Source: a bacterium (lineage in GTDB: Bacteria > UBA8248). From it: a stretch of DNA of 64,000 nucleotides. The translations under genes and the position numbers were made by a program. This document shows, one piece after another, positions 21,647 to 32,241 of the stretch. The notes beneath the pieces are model-generated. The model did no database searches and was not told where the DNA came from. It worked only from the letters and a program-made list of their open reading frames with translations. The stretch is from contig OZ253442.1 of NCBI GenBank assembly GCA_965261085.1, positions 3,008,001 to 3,072,000 on the forward strand. Direction: 5' to 3'. The number at the start of each line of letters is the position of its first letter. Position 1 is the stretch's first letter.

Positions 21647-22858
21647 ATGCCACTTACAGGTGTACGTGTATTAGACTTAAGCCGCCTGCTCCCCGGCGGG
21701 CAATGCACTTTGATGCTCGCCGATATGGGGGCAGATGTGATTAAAGTAGAAGAACCGCTGCGCGGCGATTATATACGCCTAGCATCCCCTTTTGATGAAC
21801 ATGGCGTATCCCCCCTTCACCTCTGCTACAACCGCAATAAGCGCTCCTTGGCATTAGACCTTAAAAATGAAAGCGGGGTATCCACACTCCTAAGGTTAGT
21901 GAAAGACACAGACGTGCTTGTCGATAGCTTTCGCCCCGGTGTGATGGATCGCCTCGGCATTGGTTATCAAAGACTCAAACAAGAGAACCCAGCCCTTGTC
22001 CATTGCGCCATCACCGGATACGGACAAGAAGGTCCGCTGGCTCGAACTCCGGGGCATGATTTGAACTTCCAGGCCTTGGGCGGCGTCGTAGAGCTCACTG
22101 GCGCTGCCGAGGGACATCCATATGTGCCTGGGGTCCTCATCGGGGATGTGGGCGCTGGCATGTGGGCGGCTTTCGCCATACTCGCGGCCCTGCGCCTCGC
22201 CGAGCGGACAGGCGCAGGACAATTCATCGACATGTCGATGTTAGACGCTGTGATGGGGTTTTTATCCATCCATGGACAAACATATCTCTCGACGGGTCAA
22301 TGCCCAGGGCGTGAAGAGATGCGACACAATGGTCGAAGGCCATGCTATCGTCTCTATCCCACCAAAGACGGTCGGATGCTTTCCGTCGCGTGCTCAGAGC
22401 CGAAATTTTGGGTGATATTGTGCAAGCTCATCGGGCACGAAGAATTTTATGAGGATCATGGCGCCAGCGGTGAGCGCCGCACAGAGGTGATTCAAGCGCT
22501 CAACAAAACTTTTCAAACAAAAACTCTCAAGGAGTGGACCACATTTTTTGATGGGGCGGATGTGTGCGTGAGCCCGGCGCTGAATATGCACGAAAGTTTC
22601 AGACACACTCAAATTCAATCGAGTGGGCTCGTGAGGGAATATCAACATCCCGTCAAAGGAACATATCCCGGCACGCGACCAGCACCGAAATTCTCGGACC
22701 TCCCAACAAGAGATTTCCTTCCTCCTCCCCGATTGGGGGAGCATTCTGTTGAGATATTAAAGGAATATGGGTTTCAAGATAAAGAAATCGAAGATTTACT
22801 GGCAACCGGCGCCTCCCACCGGGGCGCCAATCCAGTTGGTGAAACCATCAGCGAATAA
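21647..22858 (+). CDS. CaiB/BaiF family (class III) CoA-transferase
   Basis: VLDLSRLLPG, GADVIKVE, NRNKRSLALDLK, GHDLNF. Confidence 0.93.
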   Translation: MPLTGVRVLDLSRLLPGGQCTLMLADMGADVIKVEEPLRGDYIRLASPFDEHGVSPLHLCYNRNKRSLALDLKNESGVSTLLRLVKDTDVLVDSFRPGVMDRLGIGYQRLKQENPALVHCAITGYGQEGPLARTPGHDLNFQALGGVVELTGAAEGHPYVPGVLIGDVGAGMWAAFAILAALRLAERTGAGQFIDMSMLDAVMGFLSIHGQTYLSTGQCPGREEMRHNGRRPCYRLYPTKDGRMLSVACSEPKFWVILCKLIGHEEFYEDHGASGERRTEVIQALNKTFQTKTLKEWTTFFDGADVCVSPALNMHESFRHTQIQSSGLVREYQHPVKGTYPGTRPAPKFSDLPTRDFLPPPRLGEHSVEILKEYGFQDKEIEDLLATGASHRGANPVGETISE

Positions 22859-22961
22859 ACCTAGAACATGACAGAATCAATAAAACAAAATATGACTGGG
22901 TATTCATTCGGTAGGATTGTGGCAAGGGAAACTAAGATAGTTAAACCAGATGAATCACTCT

Positions 22962-23426
22962 TTATTCGGTATTGCTGCGTTCTTCCAGTTTTTCTAATTC
23001 CGCCTCAAAATCTTTGAGGGTCTTGAAAGAACGATAGACCGATGCGAAGCGTACATAGGCCACTTCATCCACTTCCCTCAACTCATCCATCAATTTTTCT
23101 CCTATTGCTTTTGTCGATATCTCTTTCTCGCCACTATCAAGAATATAACGCTCTACGCGATCGGCAATCGCTTCTTGATCCTCAGCAGAAACAGGTCTTT
23201 TCTCCAATGCCTTCTTGATGCCTATGCTGATTTTGTCACGAAGATAATTAACGCGTGTGCCATCTTTTTTAACAATGAGCGGCCAAGAGACTTCCGCCCT
23301 CTCGTAAGTCGTAAAACGGTGCGCGCATTTCTCGCATTCTCGTCTTCTGCGAATCGAATTTCCTTCCTTGGTCGTCCGGCTGTCGACCACTTTGCTTTCA
23401 GAATGACTACAAATCGGACATTTCAT
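22962..23426 (-). CDS. nrdR: Transcriptional repressor NrdR
   Basis: [25 protein letters not shown] cone, [10 protein letters not shown]. Confidence 0.97.
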   Translation of the reverse strand: MKCPICSHSESKVVDSRTTKEGNSIRRRRECEKCAHRFTTYERAEVSWPLIVKKDGTRVNYLRDKISIGIKKALEKRPVSAEDQEAIADRVERYILDSGEKEISTKAIGEKLMDELREVDEVAYVRFASVYRSFKTLKDFEAELEKLEERSNTE

Positions 23427-23453
23427 AAGAATCCGGTCCGGGCAGGAGAATCA

Positions 23454-23912
23454 TCAGGACGTCGGCTGGAACACATCTTCTATATCGGAAATCTTATCCA
23501 AACGACGGGCGTGACGCCCGCCTTCAAACTCTGTTTTCAACCAGATAGCCACTATTCTTTCTGCCTCTTCCAGGCTCACCACCCCGCCACCCAGAGCCAA
23601 GATATTGGCATCGTTGTGCAGGCGACTCATTCGCGCGGCCCATTCATTGTGACAAGCAACGGCGCGAACACCCGGAAACTTATTCGCCACGATGACCATG
23701 CCCGCGGCTGAGCCACAACAGAAAATTCCCCGCTCGGAGTTGCCTTCGCTCACTGAACGGGCGGCGGGTCCGGCATAATCCGGGTAGTCACATGATTCAT
23801 CTGAGTTCGTCCCAAAATCATGATATGGAATCGTTCTCTCATCAAGCAGTTGTTTCACTGCTTCTTTGAGTTCATATCCCCCATGATCAGCTGCAAGAGC
23901 GATTTGATTCAT
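23454..23912 (-). CDS. rpiB: Ribose-5-phosphate isomerase B
   Basis: ADHGG, DYPDYA, ANKFPGVRA, HNDANIL, FEGGRH. Start set at ATG 23912. Confidence 0.95.
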   Translation of the reverse strand: MNQIALAADHGGYELKEAVKQLLDERTIPYHDFGTNSDESCDYPDYAGPAARSVSEGNSERGIFCCGSAAGMVIVANKFPGVRAVACHNEWAARMSRLHNDANILALGGGVVSLEEAERIVAIWLKTEFEGGRHARRLDKISDIEDVFQPTS

Positions 23913-24117
23913 CGGGATTCTCCAGGCGATGAGTGTTGGAGGGATACAACTTCTCAAAAACTAGACTTTAGGAAACTATAAGTCAAGCGATCACTCATTC
24001 ACACTGTCATACCAAAGTCTTTGAATTCCCGCAGAAAGAGAACCTAAATTACGACCATTACTAGCAAAACCAATCATTTTTGCTCGTGCAAACCACATCA
24101 ATATTCAGCAGAAGGTA

Positions 24118-25389
24118 TCAATATGGCTTCAATTCTGTTCCGGAAATTGATTTGCCCAAAAGAATTCTCGATGCCTCTTGCGCTGTTTTTTTAAATTCAT
24201 TCTCAGCGGCCAACCTCTCTCCCTTTTCCTGTAAACACCGCGCCTCGATCAAATGCAGTGCTAAACGTACCCAAGAATCTTGACTTTCTGCCGACACGGC
24301 CATGGTAGATGCCTGCTTCAAGCTTTTATCGACTTTCTCGATTTGACCTGCTTCGAGCATCAACGCTGCGTGTAGCACGTGATGATGGATATCTTTCTCT
24401 CTGCGCTTTCCCGCAGATTGGACATTTGCAGCGGCTTTTTTTATCGCATTTTGTGACTCCAGAGGCCCGACTGCTAACGCTAACCGTTGCAGAAACTCCA
24501 AACCACCCAAAGTCTGATAGCCATTTTCCCAGGTACGTAGAGCTCGCCGATCACGACCCGCCGCTAACTGCGCATCACCCAATAATAAGTATGCTTTCTT
24601 TTCCTTGGCCAGATGATGAAGAGCTTGTTCTAAAAAAGGAATGGCCACCGCCGGGGCAGAATCATTAAATTTCGCCTCTCCCACGGCTAGATACGCGTGG
24701 CCAGCGATTTGGTTATCCGCCTGCCGATCAAAATCAGACACACTCGTTTGTGATAGTTTCTCACAAATCTCGACAGCAGCTTCGATACGGCCATTTTTAA
24801 AATACATATCCCTTAGTTTTCGCAATACCAAGGGGCTCGCACCTCTCCCTGCACTATTTTGCGCAAGTAACTCAAGAGCTTCTTTCGCCTGACCGGAATG
24901 ATCGAGGGTCTCGGACAGGCGGATAATGGAATCAGGTGAATTGTTCGTAACAGCACGAAGGCGTTCATTCCACTGAATTGCGTCATTGGGATTGCCAGAA
25001 TCTATTGCAAAATCCGCGGCTAGCCTCAAGGCGGGAATTAAGGACGGGTCATCCTTGAGTGCGCGCCTAAGTTCTCTTCGGGCACGCCTTCTTTTCCCTT
25101 GAATTCCAAGGCTTTGGGCCCTAGCAAATCGCTCTTGAGCACGATGCAAACGTTTTTGTTTCTTGGCAATCTTCTTACGCGAAAACCAACCAAGTGCAGC
25201 CTCACCCCACCCTAGAATAGAAGCCAAAAACGAACCAATGAGAGCCGCTCCGAATACCACCAGAGCTAATGGAACTCGCACGGACAAAGCATCCGTGAGA
25301 CGCAGATCTATGATTTCTCGATTGTAGTGAAGAAAATAGACGGCAGCCACAATTGGAGCTACAAGGATTAGGAGAGTCCGAATTTTCAT
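24118..25389 (-). CDS. Membrane-anchored TPR protein (LapA/LapB- or HemY-like)
   Basis: Two N-terminal TM helices followed by TPR-like repeats. Confidence 0.6.
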   Translation of the reverse strand: MKIRTLLILVAPIVAAVYFLHYNREIIDLRLTDALSVRVPLALVVFGAALIGSFLASILGWGEAALGWFSRKKIAKKQKRLHRAQERFARAQSLGIQGKRRRARRELRRALKDDPSLIPALRLAADFAIDSGNPNDAIQWNERLRAVTNNSPDSIIRLSETLDHSGQAKEALELLAQNSAGRGASPLVLRKLRDMYFKNGRIEAAVEICEKLSQTSVSDFDRQADNQIAGHAYLAVGEAKFNDSAPAVAIPFLEQALHHLAKEKKAYLLLGDAQLAAGRDRRALRTWENGYQTLGGLEFLQRLALAVGPLESQNAIKKAAANVQSAGKRREKDIHHHVLHAALMLEAGQIEKVDKSLKQASTMAVSAESQDSWVRLALHLIEARCLQEKGERLAAENEFKKTAQEASRILLGKSISGTELKPY

Positions 25390-25410
25390 TCGTAACTCAC
25401 CGCTCGGTAT

Positions 25411-25788
25411 CTAACTACCACCGCGTCTTTCAATTGCATTTTGAGCCGCCACTGTATAACGCGCATAGGGAATTGCTTCCAGGCGGGAATAGGGAATCGG
25501 CTCATCCGACTCCTCACAAATACCATAAAGTCCTTCTTCGAGCCTCTGAAATGCCGCCTCCACTTCCCGCAAACGTTCTCGCTCCCTTTCGCCTAAGTCC
25601 ATTAAAACCTGACGAGAATATGTGTCGGCAGCCATGTCTGCAATATCTTGAGTCCCATCATCACCTATTTCTTTGGTATGTATCTTACTTTTCTCCACAT
25701 CCCCAAGTATTTCACGGCGCACTTCATTCAATCTTTCTTCTAAATCTCTTAACTGTTTTTTAGTCAAATGCTTCACTTTGAACCTCAA
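25411..25788 (-). CDS. DksA/TraR family protein (1-Cys type)
   Basis: Coiled coil with DIADMA tip; YGICEESDEPIPYSRLEAIPYA. Confidence 0.85.
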   Translation of the reverse strand: MRFKVKHLTKKQLRDLEERLNEVRREILGDVEKSKIHTKEIGDDGTQDIADMAADTYSRQVLMDLGERERERLREVEAAFQRLEEGLYGICEESDEPIPYSRLEAIPYARYTVAAQNAIERRGGS

Positions 25789-25804
25789 CTTTCATACTGC
25801 TGAG

Positions 25805-26161
25805 CTAAGCGCTAGGTACCATTGGCTTGATGATGGATGCGTGTGACCATAAATCTTCTAGCCGGTAAAATTCTCGGCTCTTTTCATTGAATATGTGAAC
25901 AAGAAAATCACCACAATCCATCAACACCCAATTTCCTTCTGCTAATCCTTCTGTCAAAAATACAGTATCTCCAATTTTCTTAAGTTTTTCCCTAGCCGCC
26001 TCACAAAGCGCTTTTACATGCCGGAGGCTCGTTCCGTGGCAAATCAAAAAAGCATCTACCTCTACCGACAGAGGGCGAAGGTCCAAAAGGACTACGTCCA
26101 TCGCTTTCTTCGCTTCTAATGATTCCTGAAGAACATGAAGCCGATTCTCTAGTTTCTTAAT
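25805..26161 (-). CDS. rsfS: Ribosome silencing factor (probable ATT start)
   Basis: KKAMDVVLLDL, WVLMDCGDFLVHIF, REFYRLEDLW; lies after nadD. Frame is open upstream of ATG 26101 through an ATT preceded by GGAGGATGGAGA. Confidence 0.9.
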   Translation of the reverse strand: MKKLENRLHVLQESLEAKKAMDVVLLDLRPLSVEVDAFLICHGTSLRHVKALCEAAREKLKKIGDTVFLTEGLAEGNWVLMDCGDFLVHIFNEKSREFYRLEDLWSHASIIKPMVPSA

Positions 26162-26183
26162 GGGTCTCCATCCTCCTCAATCT

Positions 26184-26858
26184 TTAGCCAACAACTCCCG
26201 AATGCCCATATAATCGGCGGCGAATTATAAAGAGTTCGACATCGCGTGGCAATAAATGCTTTATGGAGGAAGACTCTTTTATACACTGCCTGATCCGGGT
26301 TGCCGAAATGTCAACTTCCGTGATCGGAATAAATTTTATAACTCGCTTTTTGTCTGTAAATTTAATTTCCTTTAAGGATTTATCCATGCAATAACCTGGT
26401 TCAATTTCTTGAATCACTCGGAGAAGAACTTCAAAATATTCCGGAGTATTTTGATTTCCTCGCAAAGTAACAGCAAAATTGGTGGCGCTTAACACTTCTT
26501 TTGGCAGGTGCCATGTGCTCAACTCAAGAAACGCATCCGCACCGATAATGAAAAACATTTCATCTTCATCCGGTGTCCTTCTTGTTAGTTCCTCCAAAGT
26601 ATCAAGAGTATAAGATGCTCCTCCCCGCTCTACTTCAACGGGATCACATACATACGCGGGATAATCCTCCAAAGCAATACGAACCATTTCCAGCCTATCA
26701 GTCGCTGAGGCAACTTCATCTTTCGGCTTATGAGGCGGCAAAGCAGACGGAACAAACCTGATTTCATCAAGCAGCAGTGCTTTATGCACCTCTTCGGCGG
26801 ACCGGAGGTGCCCATAGTGAATCGGGTTAAATGTCCCGCCTAGAATCCCGATGCGCAA
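26184..26858 (-). CDS. nadD: Nicotinate-nucleotide adenylyltransferase
   Basis: GGTFNPIHYGH, PPHK, SYTLDTL, IGADAF, ISATRIR. Confidence 0.96.
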   Translation of the reverse strand: MRIGILGGTFNPIHYGHLRSAEEVHKALLLDEIRFVPSALPPHKPKDEVASATDRLEMVRIALEDYPAYVCDPVEVERGGASYTLDTLEELTRRTPDEDEMFFIIGADAFLELSTWHLPKEVLSATNFAVTLRGNQNTPEYFEVLLRVIQEIEPGYCMDKSLKEIKFTDKKRVIKFIPITEVDISATRIRQCIKESSSIKHLLPRDVELFIIRRRLYGHSGVVG

Positions 26859-26875
26859 TCACTCTCCTTGATTTT

Positions 26876-28027
26876 CTATTCTTCCTCAATCAAAACAAAA
26901 TTGTTTCGGTGAATGATCTCATCGTAGTCCTTGCTTCCGAGAATAGAGGCGATTTCCCTGGTTTGTTTCCCGGCGATTCGGGCAGCATCATTACACGAAT
27001 AATTCGCCAGCCCGCGGCCAAAAGCCACTCCTTGAGTATTAAGTATCTCCACCACATCACCAAAACGAAAATTTCCCCCAACAGATACAACACCACTGGG
27101 CAAAAGGCTTTTTCCTCTCTTCAGCATGGCGTTTACAGCACCGCTATCGAGTTTGAGCCACCCGCGGGGTTTAGCCGTGGTTCCCATCCAGCCCTTTTTC
27201 CCCTTTAAGCGCGCGCCATTCGGCACAAAAAGCGTCCCCAACGGTTCACCCATCACTACACGTTCGATGATGTTGGGGTCCCGCCCTTTCACAATGAGGG
27301 TGCTAATACCCACTTTATTGAGGATATTAACGGCCTCAACCTTTGTACGCATTCCTCCGTGGGCAAGTGGGTTGGGACTGGTACCTGCGACCGAGGCAAT
27401 TTCCTTAGGCAGACCCTCAACACGGGGAATCAAACGCGCCGTTTCCGATCGCCTGGGGTCCTCATCATACAAGCCCGCTACGTCTGACAAGATTATTACG
27501 AGACCTGCTTGAACTATTTGGGCTGTCTGGGCAGCTAGTGTGTCGTTGTCTCCAAAACGGATTTCTTCAATGGAAACCGTATCGTTTTCGTTCACAATTG
27601 GGAGTACCCCTTTGCTAATCAATGCTTCAAAGGTATTACAAGCGTTCAAGAATCGGCTTCTCTCATCTAAATCTGAATGGATGAGCAAAACTTGTGCCGT
27701 CTCGATACCCTTCTGTCTGAATGCACGGCCATATGCTTCCATCAAGATCGGCTGGCCAACGGCAGCGGCAGCTTGGCGTTCAGGAACTGCCTTTGGTATT
27801 CCTTTAAGACCCAGTCTTTTCACGCCAGCCGCAATGGCTCCAGATGAAACTATAACGACTTGCCTTCCCTCTTTTCTGAGCTTCGCAACTTGGGAGGCGA
27901 TGCGTCCCAAAACCCTTCGGTTGACACCCAGTTCATCAGATGCCGTCAAAACCGAGCTTCCCACTTTGACCACAATGCGTCGGCTCTTGAGTACAAGATC
28001 ATCTCTTTTGATCATCGCCTCACTCAT
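26876..28027 (-). CDS. proB: Glutamate 5-kinase
   Basis: VVKVGSS, VSSGAIAAG, NENDTV, FGDNDTL, C-terminal PUA domain. Confidence 0.96.
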   Translation of the reverse strand: MSEAMIKRDDLVLKSRRIVVKVGSSVLTASDELGVNRRVLGRIASQVAKLRKEGRQVVIVSSGAIAAGVKRLGLKGIPKAVPERQAAAAVGQPILMEAYGRAFRQKGIETAQVLLIHSDLDERSRFLNACNTFEALISKGVLPIVNENDTVSIEEIRFGDNDTLAAQTAQIVQAGLVIILSDVAGLYDEDPRRSETARLIPRVEGLPKEIASVAGTSPNPLAHGGMRTKVEAVNILNKVGISTLIVKGRDPNIIERVVMGEPLGTLFVPNGARLKGKKGWMGTTAKPRGWLKLDSGAVNAMLKRGKSLLPSGVVSVGGNFRFGDVVEILNTQGVAFGRGLANYSCNDAARIAGKQTREIASILGSKDYDEIIHRNNFVLIEEE

Positions 28028-29067
28028 TAGCTCTTTGTTTGCATGGTTGGAATGACATCGTTTTCTAGCTCTCTCGTTTGCCTGAGCAGTTGATATATTT
28101 TACCCAACAATTCGCTCAACCCGAGGCCAGAAACCGCCGAGATGGCATGGACTTCCACACCTCGCGCCATGATCCCCTCTCGTAGTTTCACAATATGATC
28201 TCTCGATTCCGTTACATCCATTTTTGTTAAAATCGCCACTCTATGTTTCTCTGCCAGTAGAGGCGAGAACGTGGATAATTCATGGGCCACTGCATCAAAG
28301 TCTGAGAGTCCACGCTCAGGGGGTAAGGAAGCATCAACCAAGTGAAGCAACAACTTACAGCGTTCTACATGCCGCAAAAATTGCAGCCCCAAGCCTTTAC
28401 CCTCACTTGCTCCTGGTATCAATCCCGGGATATCGGCCACCACGCATGAACTATAATCGCCTAAACTCACAACCCCCAGATTTGGTTGAAGCGTGGTGAA
28501 CGGGTAATCGGCAATTTTGGGCTTGCTCTCGGAAATTCTCGATATGAGGGTGGATTTTCCGGCATTAGGCATCCCAATGAGCCCAACATCCGCGAGTAGT
28601 TTCAACTCCAATTCCAAAAGACGCTCTTCTCCTGATTTTCCTTTGGTGGTTCTCCTTGGCGCTCGGTTTGTTGAACTCTTAAAGTGCTCGTTGCCGAGCC
28701 CGCCTCGACCTCCTTGCACAATGATTACTTCCAGGCCCTCTCCCGAAAGATCGACTACAACTTCTCCCGTTTCAGAGTCACGCACGATGGTTCCAAGAGG
28801 CACTTCAAGCAACAAGTCCTCCCCATCAGCTCCATACTTGTTGTTTCCCATGCCTGCTTGGCCTTTTTCTGCTCTCAGAAACGGTTGGAATCTAAAGTGC
28901 GTCAGCGTGTTCAAAGACGATGTCGCCTTAAAAACCACATGTCCCCCACGTCCACCATTTCCCCCGTCAGGACCGCCTCTCGGCACAAACTTCTCCCTGC
29001 GGAAGCTAAGGCAACCGTCTCCTCCATGGCCAGCCTGCACACGTATTTTAGCGGTATCAACAAACAT
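28027..29067 (-). CDS. obg: GTPase Obg
   Basis: [40 protein letters not shown]. Confidence 0.98.
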   Translation of the reverse strand: MFVDTAKIRVQAGHGGDGCLSFRREKFVPRGGPDGGNGGRGGHVVFKATSSLNTLTHFRFQPFLRAEKGQAGMGNNKYGADGEDLLLEVPLGTIVRDSETGEVVVDLSGEGLEVIIVQGGRGGLGNEHFKSSTNRAPRRTTKGKSGEERLLELELKLLADVGLIGMPNAGKSTLISRISESKPKIADYPFTTLQPNLGVVSLGDYSSCVVADIPGLIPGASEGKGLGLQFLRHVERCKLLLHLVDASLPPERGLSDFDAVAHELSTFSPLLAEKHRVAILTKMDVTESRDHIVKLREGIMARGVEVHAISAVSGLGLSELLGKIYQLLRQTRELENDVIPTMQTKS

Positions 29068-29095
29068 GGTAGGGGCGGAGCCTGCCCATTAGAGA

Positions 29096-29353
29096 CTACT
29101 CCGCCGGAATGACACTGATAATTCGGCGGCCCTTAGCTTTGCGCTCGAATTTCAATTTTCCGCTCGCCTTGGCAAAGAGGGTATGGTCATTGCCTAAACC
29201 GACATTTTCACCTGGATGAAAGACAGTGCCACGTTGCCTGACGAGGATGGTTCCCACATTTACGCTTTCTCCTGCAAAACGCTTCACGCCTAAACGACGC
29301 CCGGCGCTATCTCGTCCGTTGGATGAACTTCCACCAGCTTTCTTATGCGCCAT
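29096..29353 (-). CDS. rpmA: 50S ribosomal protein L27
   Basis: [16 protein letters not shown]...RLGVK. Confidence 0.99.
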   Translation of the reverse strand: MAHKKAGGSSSNGRDSAGRRLGVKRFAGESVNVGTILVRQRGTVFHPGENVGLGNDHTLFAKASGKLKFERKAKGRRIISVIPAE

Positions 29354-29365
29354 TTTCTAATCCCT

Positions 29366-29683
29366 TCATCCTGATGCGAGGATGTCTGTCACTTCTATTT
29401 GAGTATAAGGCTGCCTGTGCCCTCGTTTGGTCCGAACTTTTTTGCGGCGTTTGAATCGAAAAGCTATAATTTTTTGTCCACGCCCGTGGTCACGAATCAC
29501 CGCTTTTACTTTGGCTTTACTCAACGCCTCTTTATCTGCAACAACTTCTTCCCCATCTACGATGAGTCGAACATCCTCAAACTCGACGCTTTCTCCAACA
29601 TTACCGGACAAACGCTCGACCAAGATTTGATCTCCCGTTTCAATACGTACCTGCTTACCACCGGTTTCCACTACAGCATACAT
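29366..29683 (-). CDS. rplU: 50S ribosomal protein L21
   Basis: MYAVVETGGKQ...GHRQPYT. Confidence 0.99.
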   Translation of the reverse strand: MYAVVETGGKQVRIETGDQILVERLSGNVGESVEFEDVRLIVDGEEVVADKEALSKAKVKAVIRDHGRGQKIIAFRFKRRKKVRTKRGHRQPYTQIEVTDILASG

Positions 29684-29834
29684 TCAAAAAATCTCCTTGA
29701 CGCCCGAATTATGCTTTGGTCTTAAAAATCAACCATTTCGCTAACTCTCGGCCATAACGAGGAGGATATCTATCAATCCAGCCCCTAAAAGTCAATTCAA
29801 AGTCTTAACAAACTGATTATCTTTTTCATTACTC

Positions 29835-30206
29835 TTATTTTCTTTTCTTCTTGATCAAGCTAAACGTCACCCGTTCGGCCCGATACGACACGGTACGTCT
29901 GACAGGCAAATATCCCTTTTTTTGTACCGATACGGTAAAGCCCTTGAAAAAATCTTTCATGCCTGCTTTAAATTTTAGGCGCAATGGTGTTTTTCCTTGG
30001 TAAACATCATCGATGAAAACATCTGCCTGTGGTGGATTCGACGTGACGATCAGTTGACGATCCTTGAAGCCTTTAATCGGATTCTCAACATTCCTCTCCC
30101 ACCATTTCCCCATTTGCTTCCTGGTTTTGCCACATCCTGACACACCCGGAAGAAGCAAGAGGAAAATACTGAAACCCAGAATAAGCTGTAACGAAGGTTT
30201 ATGCAT
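29835..30206 (-). CDS. PEGA-domain lipoprotein
   Basis: Lipobox VSGC; VTSNPPQADVFIDDVYQGKTP. Start uncertain. Confidence 0.75.
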   Translation of the reverse strand: MHKPSLQLILGFSIFLLLLPGVSGCGKTRKQMGKWWERNVENPIKGFKDRQLIVTSNPPQADVFIDDVYQGKTPLRLKFKAGMKDFFKGFTVSVQKKGYLPVRRTVSYRAERVTFSLIKKKRK

Positions 30207-30362
30207 ATTTCCTTGATTCGATTTTCGAGACATAATCAAAACCCTTGGAAAATCGACCCTCTCGAAAACACCAAAAACTATACATAACATCAGTTTACAC
30301 TGAAAACATCATGAGGAAAAACACTTCAGTATGGATGCATCCGTTTTGTTAGCGGCCCCCTT

Positions 30363-31286
30363 CTACGCAGGTGGTTCACCCACCTGTTTTCCTGACCATT
30401 CCTCAAACATTTGCAGTAATTCCGTCTGGTCCGAATCTGGTCCATATTTTTGCACACCCAGACCATATATCTGCCTGGCGTGATTCAAATAAAACGCCGC
30501 CACACCATTTTCGCGCGCTAAATCGCTTCCCATAGAGAGATCTTTATGCATCAACCCCGTGGAGAACCCACAAGTAAAATCCCTCGGCAGGAGAAAGCGA
30601 GGCCATTTATCTTTCGTAGCGCTGTTCATACCTGAGCCGCCGTTGAAGACTTGAAGAGCCTTTTCTGGGTCGAGACCTAACTTCGACGCCAAAACCATTG
30701 CTTCCATTGATGAGAGCAGGCTCGTGGCCGAGAGGAAATTGTTTACACACTTCATGGCGTGCCCAGACTCTGGTGCTTCATCGATATGAACAATAGTCTT
30801 GCCTAACGTTTCGAAAACAGGCATGGCCGCATCCACAATCTCTTTGGGGCCACCAGGCATGATGGCCAAAGTGGCGGCTTCCGCTCCTACGACGCCGCCT
30901 GAGACCGGCGCCCCAATGAGGTGTAATCCCTTTTCTTCTACACGCGAAGCGAGAATACTAGTTCTTGTCGGGTAAGAAGAACTCATATCGATAATCAATT
31001 TCCCCTGAGCTAGATGTGTTGATATCCCATCCGGCCCATCCACTACTGCATCAACAACATTGCTATCGGGTAACATTGTGATGACAACATCGGCGCGCCT
31101 TGCCAAATCAGCCAAGCTCTCAGCCTCTTGCACACCATCAGCCGCCAACGCCTTCACATTTTCTGGCCTTGTGTCATAAGCCACCACCGCGTAATCGCCA
31201 TGCCTCAAATTTTTCGACATGGGTTTTCCCATCTTTCCGATTCCGACAAAACCGATAGTAACGCTTCCTGGCTGTAAAGTTTTCAT
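30363..31286 (-). CDS. NAD(P)-dependent beta-hydroxyacid dehydrogenase (3-hydroxyisobutyrate/tartronate semialdehyde reductase family)
   Basis: GFVGIGKMG, APVSGG, GHAMKCVNN. Confidence 0.9.
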   Translation of the reverse strand: MKTLQPGSVTIGFVGIGKMGKPMSKNLRHGDYAVVAYDTRPENVKALAADGVQEAESLADLARRADVVITMLPDSNVVDAVVDGPDGISTHLAQGKLIIDMSSSYPTRTSILASRVEEKGLHLIGAPVSGGVVGAEAATLAIMPGGPKEIVDAAMPVFETLGKTIVHIDEAPESGHAMKCVNNFLSATSLLSSMEAMVLASKLGLDPEKALQVFNGGSGMNSATKDKWPRFLLPRDFTCGFSTGLMHKDLSMGSDLARENGVAAFYLNHARQIYGLGVQKYGPDSDQTELLQMFEEWSGKQVGEPPA

Positions 31287-31464
31287 GATTTCCTCACTAT
31301 CTGGATAAAACTTGTTATAGAAGACGCCATCAATCGTTTAGATGTTTTTATTCGCTCAAAGGTTTTTGTCAATCCCCAACTGGAATGGTAAGCTTGCTTT
31401 TAAATTAAAGCTTCTCTCATCATCCGCCCTGTGTTTACCCATATGCCGTTCAAGGAGATTCGAA

Positions 31465-32190
31465 ATGGCGCCGATTTCGGCGGATGATGTTGTATGTTAC
31501 CTAGAAGAAAATCCTGGTTTTTTCTTAGAACATCCAGACTCACTTCGCCAAAGCGGTCTGTTAACACAAGACAGCACTTCAGCAAAAGTCCTCAATTTGC
31601 GAGATAAGCTTTTCAATCGCTTAAAAGGCGAAAGAGAGGATTTGATACGACTTCTCGACGAAACGATAGAACTCGTTCGCCAAAATGAGCAGATCGAAAA
31701 AGACTTTATCGCCATTGAACAACTTTTGTTTGAACAAGCGCCCTCATTGGAGAGCCTTACAGAAATCGCAAAAAATATTGAATCGCGTTTTAGAATTGAA
31801 TACGCAGGCTTTTTGCTTCTGGAACCCATCGACGGCATCCCAGTGATCGCGGCTAAATCTGATGACTCGTCCCGCATTCGCCCACTTGGCAAAATACAAA
31901 TAGAGCTCGTTCCAATGGAAGGGGGAGTTGCGCTCAAAAGCAAATTAGAAGGGGGTGGAGGTCCGCTGTTCCCGGATACCCTGGGCGAAAGTATCGAATC
32001 GACCGCTATAGTTCCTTTAGAAATTCATGAGACAAAAATCGGTTTTCTCATCTTGGGATCAAAAGACCCCGAGCGATATCAAGAAGGGATGGCGACCCAC
32101 CTCCTCAGGCGTCTCGCAATGCGTTTGGCCTTGGGGATTTCCATCTTTCAACGATTCAACAATCGGGAAACAGCAAAAACGAGTTCTTGA
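31465..32190 (+). CDS. DUF484 (YigA-like) GAF-fold protein
   Basis: VVCYLEENPGFFLEHP, GSKDPERYQEGMATHLL; SD AAGGAG before ATG 31465. Confidence 0.8.
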   Translation: MAPISADDVVCYLEENPGFFLEHPDSLRQSGLLTQDSTSAKVLNLRDKLFNRLKGEREDLIRLLDETIELVRQNEQIEKDFIAIEQLLFEQAPSLESLTEIAKNIESRFRIEYAGFLLLEPIDGIPVIAAKSDDSSRIRPLGKIQIELVPMEGGVALKSKLEGGGGPLFPDTLGESIESTAIVPLEIHETKIGFLILGSKDPERYQEGMATHLLRRLAMRLALGISIFQRFNNRETAKTSS

Positions 32191-32241
32191 AGTAGCAAAG
32201 GGCTCATTTTGCGATGAACCTTCTTTTCCCCTAATAAATCA

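Noticed and set aside
30277-30304. dif site (TTATGTATAGT on the minus strand resembles the XerD arm)
   Set aside because: The XerC arm and spacing match poorly.
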